Positions 8,996-17,940 of a stretch of 64,000 nucleotides of DNA are shown here, piece by piece (positions within the stretch are counted from its first letter, which is position 1; every line of letters begins with the position of its first letter). The stretch covers positions 33,568 through 97,567 of the forward strand of contig JBGSSJ010000011.1 in the NCBI GenBank assembly GCA_041737125.1. Direction: 5' to 3'. Both the position numbers and the translations under genes were made by a program. The DNA is from Minisyncoccia bacterium (GTDB lineage Bacteria; Patescibacteriota; Minisyncoccia; Phycocordibacterales; UBA9973). Under the pieces are notes generated by a model. It saw only the letters and a program-made list of their open reading frames with translations, ran no database searches and was not told the origin of the DNA.

Positions 8996-9898
8996 TTATT
9001 TATTCGTTAATATTTCTATAGCCTTCGTTAAAAGTGGGATCGTGTTATCGTACATTTTAAGATTCGCAATTTCCTCAATTGGGAACCATTTTGTATCATC
9101 TAAACCTCCAGACATATTCTTAAGAACCAAATCTCCATATGGAGCTTCTGCAAGAAAGAATACTACTTGCTTCCGGATTTTACCTTGCTGTGGATGATTA
9201 GCAATATACTCATTGCGACCGAGTTCTTCTTTGATAATTATATCAAGACCCATTTCTTCCTTTATCTCACGGATGGCACCAGCCTTTTCATCTTCACCAT
9301 CTTCAATGCCTCCTTTTGAAAGTGTCCAGTATCCGAATACATCGTGAACGAATGCAAAGTAAATATTGCCTTCGTGAAGAGAATAGACCACAGCGCCTGC
9401 TTTCTTCTCTATTGGGAATTTACTTGGATCCGTTTCGAATTGTTTATTCTTCTTTTTATTTACATCATCTTTGCCTGGCTCACCGAGCTCTTTGTAGACA
9501 CCACCAAGTACGCCATTTATGAATTTACTGGAATTCTCCCCACCGAAACTTTTGGCAAGTTCGATAGCTTCATTGATAGCAACTTTCGGTGGAACTTGAG
9601 TGCGGTCACCAAAAAGTAGCTCATATAAACCGATACGTATAATATTGCGGTCCACAATAGAAATCTTCTCTATCGGCCAGTCTGGAGCTGCTTTCTCTAT
9701 AATCTCATCTATGATTGCCTGCTTCTTTATAACGCCAAGAAAAAGATCACTCATAAAAGATGAGTCATCAAGACCTGGGCCAAATTCCTCTATATTACGA
9801 TCAAGCATTTGCTCTGGACTTGTGTCTGTGCTAACACCAAAATCCCACTCGAAGAGTGTCTGCAGAACAATTGAACGTGAAAGGTGCCTGTTTGCCAT
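8996..9898 (-). CDS. nusB: NusB antitermination factor fused to C-terminal NUDIX hydrolase domain
   Basis: N-terminal NusB fold motifs ('RIGLYELLF...VAINEAIELAKSFGGENSSKFINGVLGGV'); C-terminal Nudix box 'GGIEDGEDEKAGAIREIKEEMGL'; 300 aa. Confidence 0.75.
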   Translation of the reverse strand: MANRHLSRSIVLQTLFEWDFGVSTDTSPEQMLDRNIEEFGPGLDDSSFMSDLFLGVIKKQAIIDEIIEKAAPDWPIEKISIVDRNIIRIGLYELLFGDRTQVPPKVAINEAIELAKSFGGENSSKFINGVLGGVYKELGEPGKDDVNKKKNKQFETDPSKFPIEKKAGAVVYSLHEGNIYFAFVHDVFGYWTLSKGGIEDGEDEKAGAIREIKEEMGLDIIIKEELGRNEYIANHPQQGKIRKQVVFFLAEAPYGDLVLKNMSGGLDDTKWFPIEEIANLKMYDNTIPLLTKAIEILTNK

Positions 9899-9918
9899 AG
9901 TTTGTGGAGTTACTAGGT

Positions 9919-9965
9919 TCTAGTTTCTAGGGACTAAATATAGCGCCCAAGAACTAACACCTAGA
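9919..9965. promoter_or_regulatory. 11-bp inverted repeat (tagtttctagg / cctagaaacta) with ~28-nt GC-richer loop between rpmF and nusB
   Basis: seen directly in sequence; position suits attenuator/terminator downstream of rpmF. Confidence 0.3.
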
Positions 9966-9967
9966 AA

Positions 9968-10186
9968 CTAACTTTTCTTAGCTTTCTTTTTAGCTTGCTT
10001 CTTCTCTACTTTTTTAACAACGTCTACAACCTTGCGTCCTCTGTAAAATCCACAGTGTGTGCAGATTACATGAGTCTCCTTCGCTTTCTGACAGTTTGAA
10101 CAAAGTCCAAAAGTCTTCGCTTTCAGAGCGTGGTGGCTTCGGCGGTTACCAGTATGAGCACGTGTATGTCGCATTCTTATTACCAT
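9968..10186 (-). CDS. rpmF: 50S ribosomal protein L32 with Lys-rich C-terminal extension
   Basis: 'RRSHHALK...CSNC...CTHCGFYRGRKVV' fits bL32 zinc-ribbon pattern; GCTATACT box 6 nt upstream of ATG. Confidence 0.75.
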   Translation of the reverse strand: MVIRMRHTRAHTGNRRSHHALKAKTFGLCSNCQKAKETHVICTHCGFYRGRKVVDVVKKVEKKQAKKKAKKS

Positions 10187-10221
10187 TCATATAGTATAGC
10201 TATTTCTCGGAAATATGCAAA

Positions 10222-10232
10222 TGTGATATATT
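10222..10232 (+). promoter_or_regulatory. extended -10-like box TGTGATATATT immediately upstream of thrS ATG (10240)
   Basis: identical 11-mer precedes trmD; ~7 nt from start codon, implies leaderless/short-leader mRNA. Confidence 0.4.
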
Positions 10233-10239
10233 GTTATAT

Positions 10240-11982
10240 ATGGAAAACACAGAACACCTATCCCACATACGACATACTCTGGCTCACCTAACCGCCGCGG
10301 CAGTTCGAGCTCTATACCCCCATGCTCAAAATGCAATTGGTCCTACAATAGACAATGGGTTCTACCAAGACTTTGATATGGGTGAAATAAAACTCTCTGA
10401 TTCAGATTTGCCTCGCATAGAAGAGAAAATGAAAGAAATTCTTAAATCTTGGAGCACATTCCAAAAAAAAGAAGTGACTAAAGATGAAGCTTTAGAAGAA
10501 TTTTCTTGGAATCCATATAAATGTGAACTTATCGCTGAGTTCGCAGGTGAAAACAAAACACTTACCTTCTACACTAATGGTGAATTCGTTGACCTCTGCA
10601 AGGGCGGCCATGTTGAAAATGCAAGAGAAATAAAACACGATTCATTCAAGCTCGATAAAGTCGCTGGTGCTTACTGGCGTGGAGACGAGAAGAACAAAAT
10701 GCTCACTCGTATATATGGACTCGCATTTGAAAATAAAGAAAAATTAGATTCTTATATTCTGCAGATAGAAGAAGCAAAGAAGCGCGATCATAAAAAACTT
10801 GGAATAGAACTAGATTTATTTACATTCTCTGATCTTGTAGGACCTGGTCTTCCTCTCTGGACACCAAAAGGAACTCTAGTACGTAATCTACTTGACGCTT
10901 ATGTATGGGAACTTCGTAAAGAAAGAGGCTACGATAAAGTAGAGATTCCACATATAACCAAGAAAGATTTATATGAAAGAAGTGGCCACTGGGATAAATA
11001 TAAAAATGATTTATTCCGTATTACTACTCGTGAAGGACACGAGTTCGCAATGAAGCCAATGAATTGCCCTCATCACACACAGATATACGACCGCAAACAG
11101 TGGAGCTATCGCGAACTTCCACAACGATATGCAAACACAACTACATGCTATAGAGATGAGCAATCAGGTGAACTTTCCGGATTATCACGAGTAAGAGCAT
11201 TCGCTCAAGACGATGCTCACGTATTCTGTCGTATTTCTGATGCAAAAGGAGAAATACAAAAAATATGGGATATTGTTCACATATTCTATAAATCACTAGA
11301 CTTAGTTCCCTATCTTCGTCTGTCACTCAGAGACCTAACACAACCAGATAAATATCTAGGTAACCAAGAGCACTGGGATAAGGCAGAAAAAATATTAAAA
11401 GAAGTAGCAATAGAAAATAAGACAGAATACTTTGAAGCTCCAGGTGAAGCAGCTTTCTATGCGCCAAAGCTCGACTTTATGGCAAAAGACTCAATAGGAA
11501 GAGAGTGGCAAGTTGCTACGATACAGCTTGATGTGAACATGCCTGAGAGGTTTGATCTTTCATGTATCAATGAAAAAGGAGAAAAAGAGCGTATTGTTAT
11601 GATACACGCAGCTATCATGGGTTCTATAGAAAGATTCATGTCTATTCTTATTGAACACACAGCTGGAGTATTCCCTACTTGGCTCTCTCCTGTACAAGTA
11701 GCAATTATCCCTGTACGTGATGAACATATAGATGAAACCAGAAAGATAACACAGGCACTTTTAGAGAATGATATTCGTATTGAGCACTATGATTACAATG
11801 AGAGCTTAGGTAAACGCATTCATGCGGCCAAGAAAATTAATACCCCGTATGTCATCATCATTGGTGATAAAGAAAAAGAATCGGGCATGCTAACTATAGA
11901 GAAACGTGATGGGACAAAAGAAACAAAAACTTTAGAGGACTTTATAAAAGACATCTCTACAGAAATTAAAAACCGCTCATAA
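10240..11982 (+). CDS. thrS: threonyl-tRNA synthetase, short form lacking N-terminal TGS/N2 domains
   Basis: editing/second-additional-domain HxxxH 'HIRHTLAHL', class II core 'DHKKLGIELDLF', anticodon-binding C-terminus; ORF could start at TTG 10231 but ATG 10240 sits right after -10 box. Confidence 0.9.
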   Translation: MENTEHLSHIRHTLAHLTAAAVRALYPHAQNAIGPTIDNGFYQDFDMGEIKLSDSDLPRIEEKMKEILKSWSTFQKKEVTKDEALEEFSWNPYKCELIAEFAGENKTLTFYTNGEFVDLCKGGHVENAREIKHDSFKLDKVAGAYWRGDEKNKMLTRIYGLAFENKEKLDSYILQIEEAKKRDHKKLGIELDLFTFSDLVGPGLPLWTPKGTLVRNLLDAYVWELRKERGYDKVEIPHITKKDLYERSGHWDKYKNDLFRITTREGHEFAMKPMNCPHHTQIYDRKQWSYRELPQRYANTTTCYRDEQSGELSGLSRVRAFAQDDAHVFCRISDAKGEIQKIWDIVHIFYKSLDLVPYLRLSLRDLTQPDKYLGNQEHWDKAEKILKEVAIENKTEYFEAPGEAAFYAPKLDFMAKDSIGREWQVATIQLDVNMPERFDLSCINEKGEKERIVMIHAAIMGSIERFMSILIEHTAGVFPTWLSPVQVAIIPVRDEHIDETRKITQALLENDIRIEHYDYNESLGKRIHAAKKINTPYVIIIGDKEKESGMLTIEKRDGTKETKTLEDFIKDISTEIKNRS

Positions 11983-11996
11983 GCGGTTTTTAATTT
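11969..11996 (+). terminator. hairpin aaccgct-cata-agcggtt + T-run overlapping thrS stop codon
   Basis: stop TAA lies in loop; followed by ttttt. Confidence 0.5.
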
Positions 11997-12007
11997 TCCC
12001 CTTAAAT

Positions 12008-12051
12008 AAATGGCTGTTAATTTCCGCATATGCGGAAATTAACAGCCATTT
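12008..12051. terminator. 44-bp perfect palindrome (aaatggctgttaatttccgcatatgcggaaattaacagccattt) between convergent thrS and 12068..12526
   Basis: perfect inverted repeat, bidirectional terminator candidate. Confidence 0.6.
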
Positions 12052-12067
12052 AAAATATTATTAAAAT

Positions 12068-12526
12068 TTAATCTAAATAATTTATTTTTATACCTAGCCT
12101 TTCTGCTTGATCGTGTTCCCAGTTAGCACCTTTAGAAGTCTGCCAGTTTGGCATGAAGTAGAATTCTTTAATCAGTCCAGATTCAAATATAGGTAAATAG
12201 AAATCAGTAAGTATATCTTCTGGATACACATCTCTAGGAAGTTTGAACTTCATAACTTGCATCGGCCACTCGAAAGGCATCTGGTCGAATACATTTAGAC
12301 CCTTACCTTGTAAGGTTTTTATCGTTTCGTCGAAAGCTTTCAAATTATCCTCTATATTACCTGCTCCACCAGTACCTATAGGCCCACAGACAGATGCCAC
12401 AGGCTGTGGCATTTTATTTAATACCCGTATTGCAACTACAAATAATTCTTTGAAATCTTTTGCTTCCTTTATCTGTACTAAATCTTCCTCTGCCCAATAT
12501 TTTGCTGTGTGCAAATTATCAGTCAT
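12068..12526 (-). CDS. hypothetical protein, possibly DUF4406 / nucleoside 2-deoxyribosyltransferase-like fold
   Basis: 152 aa; 'VASVCGPIGTGG...NIEDNLKAFDETIKTLQGKGLNVFD' resembles DUF4406 'IAGPMTG...N..F......L...G..VFNP' (pattern match from memory only). Confidence 0.4.
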   Translation of the reverse strand: MTDNLHTAKYWAEEDLVQIKEAKDFKELFVVAIRVLNKMPQPVASVCGPIGTGGAGNIEDNLKAFDETIKTLQGKGLNVFDQMPFEWPMQVMKFKLPRDVYPEDILTDFYLPIFESGLIKEFYFMPNWQTSKGANWEHDQAERLGIKINYLD

Positions 12527-12527
12527 G

Positions 12528-14633
12528 TTAGATATCTAACTTTGCCATTTTGGCGTTGGATTGTATGAATGCTTTGCGAGGTGGAACTTCAGAGCCCATG
12601 AGCATATCAAACACTTTGTTAGCATCTTCGGCATCAGTAATTTCTACTTGTTTAAGTATACGGCGTGCCGGATCCATAGTAGTCTCCCAGAGTTCTTCGG
12701 CATTCATTTCTCCGAGACCTTTATATCTTTGGATATGAATTTTCGTATTCTTCTTTCCTTTTGTATCTTCTTCCGCATCTTCTTCTATCTCTTCAGCAAC
12801 TTCACCTTCTTCATTTATAGATTCTGTTAGTAACTCTTCAAGCTTTGGAGCATCTTTACCAAGCATTACGTCGCGTTCTTCATCTGAATATGCATAAGAA
12901 ATTTCTTTACCCTTTTTTATTTTAAATAGTGGAGGTTGTGCTATGTATACATAACCTGCATCGAGTACTTGGCGGAAGTAACGATACATAAGAGTAAGTA
13001 TGAGCGTACGGATATGAGCTCCGTCCACGTCGGCATCTGTTGCAATTATAATCTTGTGGTAGCGCATTTTCTCAAGATCAAAAGTGTCACCAATAGATGT
13101 ACCCATGGCAATAACTAAGTTCTTTATCTGCTCACTTCCTAGCATGCGATCAAGTCTGGCGCGCTCCACATTTAAAATTTTTCCGCGAAGTGGAAGGATC
13201 GCTTGAGTCTTTCTATCTCGTCCCATTTTGGCTGTACCGCCCGCAGAGTCTCCCTCTACTATGAATAGCTCAGAGCTCTCAGCATCTTTAGTCTGACAGT
13301 CTGCAAGCTTACCAGGCAGCGTCATACCCTCAAGTGCACCTTTACGAAGTACTGAGTCCTTTGCAGCTTTAGCAGCTTTACGAGCACGAAGGGCAAGTAA
13401 GGATTTATTTATTATTTGTTTTGCTTCATCTGGATTCTCCTCTAAGAAATTAGAAAAGGCGTCCCCAAATACGGTAGCCACAGCACCTTGGGCTTCAGTA
13501 GAACCCAACTTTGCTTTTGTCTGACCTTCGAATTGTATTTCACGAAGCTTAACAGAAACTACAACCATAAGACCTTCTAGTACATCATCGCCTGTAAAAG
13601 CACCATCTATCTCTTTTATAAGATTATTCTTCTTACCATAAGTATTAAGCACACGAGTGAGTGCGGTCTTAAACCCTGTGATATGAGTACCTCCTTCTGG
13701 GTTATAAATGTTGTTGGCGAAAGGTACTATGTGTGAGTTCACATCATCTACATACTGCAATGCTACTTCCACACCTACTTCGTCTTGCTCTCTCTCTACA
13801 TAGAAAACAGTAGGGTGAATGACTTTTTGTGATTTATTATAGAACTTCACTAAAGAAACTAATCCCCCTTCGAAGTAGAAAGTGGTACTCGGAATTTCAA
13901 GTCCAAGCTCTGAGAACCAGTAAATATCTTCGAAATTCTTTTTCTCTTTACTACCTGTTATAGGATCCCACTCACGCGCATCGATAATATCTATACGTAA
14001 ACCTTTGACCAAGTACGCCTGTTGACGTAAATGATTCACCACTGTATTCCAATCAAACCTAACTTGTTTGAAAATTTCTTCATCTGGAGTAAAAGATATA
14101 ATAGTACCGTGTGCTTTCGATGAGCCTACTTTCTTTACTGCCGCTTTCCTTTTACCTTGTGAATACTCCTGCACGAAACGTCCTCCTTCACGATGAACTT
14201 CTGCTTTAGTATAAATAGAAAGTGCATTTACAACAGAAGCACCCACACCGTGGAGTCCTCCCGAGACTTTATAACCACTATCATCACCTCCAAATTTACC
14301 TCCGGCATGGAGTGTAGTCATGACAGTTTCAAGTGCAGAGACTTTTGTCTTCGGATGTATGTCAGTAGGTATACCACGCCCATTATCCACAACTCGGACA
14401 CTGTTGTCTGGAAGTAGTGTGACCTCAATGTGATCGGCAAATCCACCCATGGCTTCATCACGTGAGTTATCAAAGATTTCCCAGATTAAGTGGTGAAGTC
14501 CATCCACGCCAGTAGACCCGATATACATCCCAGGACGGCGACGTACAGGCTCGAGTCCTTCTAAGACTGATATCTGATCAGCACCATATTTCCCTTCTTT
14601 TTTAGTAGATTTTACTTCCTTTTCTTTTGCCAT
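12528..14633 (-). CDS. gyrB: type IIA topoisomerase subunit B (DNA gyrase B / ParE-like), 701 aa with acidic insertion
   Basis: 'LEPVRRRPGMYIGST', 'HHLIWEIFDNSRDEA', 'EGDSAGG', 'PLRGKILNVE' motifs. Confidence 0.9.
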   Translation of the reverse strand: MAKEKEVKSTKKEGKYGADQISVLEGLEPVRRRPGMYIGSTGVDGLHHLIWEIFDNSRDEAMGGFADHIEVTLLPDNSVRVVDNGRGIPTDIHPKTKVSALETVMTTLHAGGKFGGDDSGYKVSGGLHGVGASVVNALSIYTKAEVHREGGRFVQEYSQGKRKAAVKKVGSSKAHGTIISFTPDEEIFKQVRFDWNTVVNHLRQQAYLVKGLRIDIIDAREWDPITGSKEKKNFEDIYWFSELGLEIPSTTFYFEGGLVSLVKFYNKSQKVIHPTVFYVEREQDEVGVEVALQYVDDVNSHIVPFANNIYNPEGGTHITGFKTALTRVLNTYGKKNNLIKEIDGAFTGDDVLEGLMVVVSVKLREIQFEGQTKAKLGSTEAQGAVATVFGDAFSNFLEENPDEAKQIINKSLLALRARKAAKAAKDSVLRKGALEGMTLPGKLADCQTKDAESSELFIVEGDSAGGTAKMGRDRKTQAILPLRGKILNVERARLDRMLGSEQIKNLVIAMGTSIGDTFDLEKMRYHKIIIATDADVDGAHIRTLILTLMYRYFRQVLDAGYVYIAQPPLFKIKKGKEISYAYSDEERDVMLGKDAPKLEELLTESINEEGEVAEEIEEDAEEDTKGKKNTKIHIQRYKGLGEMNAEELWETTMDPARRILKQVEITDAEDANKVFDMLMGSEVPPRKAFIQSNAKMAKLDI

Positions 14634-14737
14634 AATATGGTATATTTTAACATAAAATACTACGTATTCCTAATCCATAAATACCTAAGATAGGCTTATA
14701 AATAAGGTTATAATTGGTATATTGTTATTACGATTTT

Positions 14738-16117
14738 CTACTTATTAAGAGTATTCTCTTTGTCTTCATAAGGAGGAAGTGGGACTACATCCCCCGTTTC
14801 AGTAGTAGCTTGGTCGGACATAATATTTTTCTCTATAATTTCTTCTTTTATTTCGTCCTTTAAGGAAATCTTCTTAAAGATAGAGTACGCCTTGCGCATA
14901 TGGTCTACTACATGGTGCCCGAACAAGTAGTGGATAATAAGCTCAAGTAAGAGTATCAAGACCATTAGTCCTAATAAGTACGGAGCGTATTTCTTAATTA
15001 TTAATACAAAATTAATTCCTGGATATAAATCCACATGAGCTTCTTGCATATTATCTGCTGTATCAAATGCTCTTATCATTACACGCAAACTTTTAGAATT
15101 CGTACTTGGTACTAGATATGGACTTTCAGTTTGAATAAATACAGGTGAAGCCACATTACCAGCACTTTGATCTATTATACCTACTTCATATCGATCTATA
15201 CTAGAAAGTGGGTCAGTTGTTAAGAATGATATCAGATATTTCTTCGTGCCATCTTCATCTTTTAGAATATTTATTTCGGGGTCGAATTGAGCTGGCTTAT
15301 TGGTATCAACTTTAACCTGGAAATGAGATGTATTACCCCACACACCTCGAACATTCGCACGTACATGGAAGTACCAGACTCCATCTTCTATATTCTCATA
15401 GGACGCTTGTGATGTATTCGTAGTTATAGTAGTAGGTGGAATAGAGCTCGGATTTAAGTCAAACAAAGCACTATAGCCAGTAATACCTTCTGGGCTATTC
15501 CATCTAAAAATTGGTGAACTATTGTTATACCAATGATCTTGCAGTGGGTGAGTATCAGAAGATATAGCTACACCCTCAGGGGCCTTTGGGCTAATTGAAT
15601 ACTGAGATCCACTAAATGAAAGCTTCACATCAGAACCTAGTCCATCATTTAGATTAGCACTAGAGTAATTAGTTACCGTTACCGTCGCTTCACCTGGTGC
15701 TATAGCCTTGAAACTAATGGTTGCTATTAAGCCTGAGCTTGTAACTATACCTCCAGGGATAATCCCAACGAGGCTAGCTTGTCCCTTTTTATTATCATAA
15801 CTTGGTGGTTCTACCCATATACCAAAGATAGACTTCCCTCCTGAAGGATTCACAATAGAGAGCTTCGACGAATCAAAGCTTATTTTTACATTTATTGCAT
15901 TTATATTATTATTGTTCGTATTTATATAAATTGGCGTTTCAAAAGTAGAACCCACTATGAAATTACCACTCCTCGGTGTTGTAAATATTTCTGCTCTAGG
16001 CAGGAGAGTAGTACCATCTAGATTTATAGTTTCTTGCCCATAAGAAAGTAATGGAGAAAAAGCAAATAATATTATTATGAAATTAAGAAATATATTTTTA
16101 AAAGTTATTTTAATCAT
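14738..16117 (-). CDS. surface protein with N-terminal cohesin-like module, C-terminal TM anchor and cytoplasmic 'VPLPPYE' tail (paralog 1 of 3)
   Basis: signal peptide; ~130-aa module alignable with 16114..17088 and 17045..17935 ('IFGIWVEPPSYDNKKGQASLVGIIPGG', 'LNDGLGSDV'); TM 'LLGLMVLILLLELIIHYLF' near C-term. Confidence 0.6.
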   Translation of the reverse strand: MIKITFKNIFLNFIIILFAFSPLLSYGQETINLDGTTLLPRAEIFTTPRSGNFIVGSTFETPIYINTNNNNINAINVKISFDSSKLSIVNPSGGKSIFGIWVEPPSYDNKKGQASLVGIIPGGIVTSSGLIATISFKAIAPGEATVTVTNYSSANLNDGLGSDVKLSFSGSQYSISPKAPEGVAISSDTHPLQDHWYNNSSPIFRWNSPEGITGYSALFDLNPSSIPPTTITTNTSQASYENIEDGVWYFHVRANVRGVWGNTSHFQVKVDTNKPAQFDPEINILKDEDGTKKYLISFLTTDPLSSIDRYEVGIIDQSAGNVASPVFIQTESPYLVPSTNSKSLRVMIRAFDTADNMQEAHVDLYPGINFVLIIKKYAPYLLGLMVLILLLELIIHYLFGHHVVDHMRKAYSIFKKISLKDEIKEEIIEKNIMSDQATTETGDVVPLPPYEDKENTLNK

Positions 16118-17088
16118 AAATCATCTTCTATTTTTCTAACCTGTTTAAGAATTTCTTTTTCCTTATCTTCAATCTCTTTATTGAGCATAGATAGAGTATT
16201 AATCTCTTCCTGATAAGGAGGAAGGGGCACTGTATTATCCCTAAGCTCTGCATATATTTGCTTTTCTTTTTCTAGGTCTCGAGATATAACAGAGAAGCTG
16301 TCTTCCATATTAGAACTTATAGTGATCATGCGCCTCTTTACGGACTTTTTAAATCTATCCATATAATAAACTATGAACATGAAAATAAGGAGAATTGCTA
16401 ATAGTAATAATATTAAAATAAGTGATTTATAAGGTATAGGATAGTATCCAGTATTCACTGGCTCTATTTGTTTGATTTCCTTATTTGATATTGGCTCGAT
16501 TATCTTCTGTGGTACTGGGGCTGGCTCTAACTTTTTCTCTTCTTCTGTAGGTTTTTTAATCGGAAGGTTTGATTCATTTATTGTAATGATACTCTTGCCT
16601 CTACTAGAAATAACCTCAGTACCCAAGCCATCATTTGCGAGTATGCTACCTTTAGACAGACTCAGATTAGCAGTCCCTAAGGCCTTCCCCTTAAATACAA
16701 GCACTAAGACCACACCCTTACTACCGGAAAAACCATTCAATACAATACCTTCAAAAGAAACGGTTCCGGAATTATTTGAATAGGATGGTTCTTGTGCCCA
16801 AAGGTTTATAATTGAACCATTTTTAGAAACAGAAGAAAGAGTTAGGATGTCTTTAGGGAATGAAACTTGCCCAGACACAGCATTAATAGATTTGTCACTC
16901 GAAACAACTACTTTTATATTTATCGAATCACCTACACTATATGAACCACTATTGAAACTAAATCCTAAATCAGAAGATGCGGAAGCTTCTTGCACATAAA
17001 ATGATGAAATAAATAAAATTACGAGTACTAAACAATATATTAAATTATTTTTGTTTTTTGAAAACATACTTTTTAAATTTAAGAACAA
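16114..17088 (-). CDS. surface protein with cohesin-like module, C-terminal TM anchor, coiled-coil cytoplasmic tail with 'VPLPPYQ' motif (paralog 2)
   Basis: signal peptide; 'INLWAQEPSYSNNSGTVSFEGIVLNGFSG', 'ANDGLGTEV'; TM 'ILILLLLAILLIFMFIVYYM'. Confidence 0.6.
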   Translation of the reverse strand: MFLNLKSMFSKNKNNLIYCLVLVILFISSFYVQEASASSDLGFSFNSGSYSVGDSINIKVVVSSDKSINAVSGQVSFPKDILTLSSVSKNGSIINLWAQEPSYSNNSGTVSFEGIVLNGFSGSKGVVLVLVFKGKALGTANLSLSKGSILANDGLGTEVISSRGKSIITINESNLPIKKPTEEEKKLEPAPVPQKIIEPISNKEIKQIEPVNTGYYPIPYKSLILILLLLAILLIFMFIVYYMDRFKKSVKRRMITISSNMEDSFSVISRDLEKEKQIYAELRDNTVPLPPYQEEINTLSMLNKEIEDKEKEILKQVRKIEDDL

Positions 17089-17935
17089 GTAAGATTATTA
17101 TTACAACTAAGAAGATAATATAATTATAGGCTGAGAATCCTTTTTTCTTGGTTGGTTCTATCGTTAGAGTTGAACTCTCTCCAGAAAAATTGATTGCGCG
17201 TATATTTATTATACTACGGCCACTTTGATCTTCCAATAAATAGGGACTTTCGATTTCCTTCCAATCCTTATTCCCTTCTTTTACCATCACAGTATCTACT
17301 CCTGTTTCTTTATCATTCACTCTGAATACAAGAGTATACTTATTATTAAATAAATTTTCATCCTGCGTTACATATGCATCTATGGTCGGCGCACTGTCAT
17401 CCTTACTTTCGTAAACAACCCTATTCTCAGATTTATCAATAAAAATATATGTAGAATTACCTGCAGTATATATAATACTTCCCTCACCATCATTGAGTGT
17501 TAAAGATAGTGGCGATATATTTATTGCGGTATTGCCACTACTTTTACCCTCGAAAACAAGCCTGATTAAGGTACCAGGCGCCTTATTACTACTATTGAAT
17601 GGATCTATTAATCCAGAGAAGCCGGTAGGTACAATACCCGCAAAAGATATTTTATTGTTATTTAAAACTGCTTTTTCAATCCAAAAAGTTATAAAAGACT
17701 TCCCTTCTTCAGCTCTAATAAGAGTAAGATTTTTATCGTCAAAAGTGACACTACCTTCTACTCCATTTATAGATTCATTCTCTGTATTAATCATTATATC
17801 AACATAAAATTGCTCACCAATGCTGATATTCTCCTCGGAAACTTTTAAAATAGAAAAAGACGCATCCACATGATGGGTCGACATCAATAAGACAAAGAAT
17901 ACTGCAAATAATATTTTTAAGATAAATTTTTTCAT
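17045..17935 (-). CDS. surface protein with cohesin-like module and C-terminal TM anchor (paralog 3)
   Basis: signal peptide 'MKKFILKILFAVFFVLLMSTHHVDA'; 'ITFWIEKAVLNNNKISFAGIVPTGFSG', 'LNDGEGSI'; C-terminal TM + KKYVFKKQK. Confidence 0.6.
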   Translation of the reverse strand: MKKFILKILFAVFFVLLMSTHHVDASFSILKVSEENISIGEQFYVDIMINTENESINGVEGSVTFDDKNLTLIRAEEGKSFITFWIEKAVLNNNKISFAGIVPTGFSGLIDPFNSSNKAPGTLIRLVFEGKSSGNTAINISPLSLTLNDGEGSIIYTAGNSTYIFIDKSENRVVYESKDDSAPTIDAYVTQDENLFNNKYTLVFRVNDKETGVDTVMVKEGNKDWKEIESPYLLEDQSGRSIINIRAINFSGESSTLTIEPTKKKGFSAYNYIIFLVVIIILLVLKFKKYVFKKQK

Positions 17936-17940
17936 AATTA

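Noticed and set aside
12068-12526. Possible toxin/defence gene next to terminator palindromes
   Set aside because: Only a tentative DUF4406 / nucleoside 2-deoxyribosyltransferase-like pattern was seen, with no partner gene or defence-system context.
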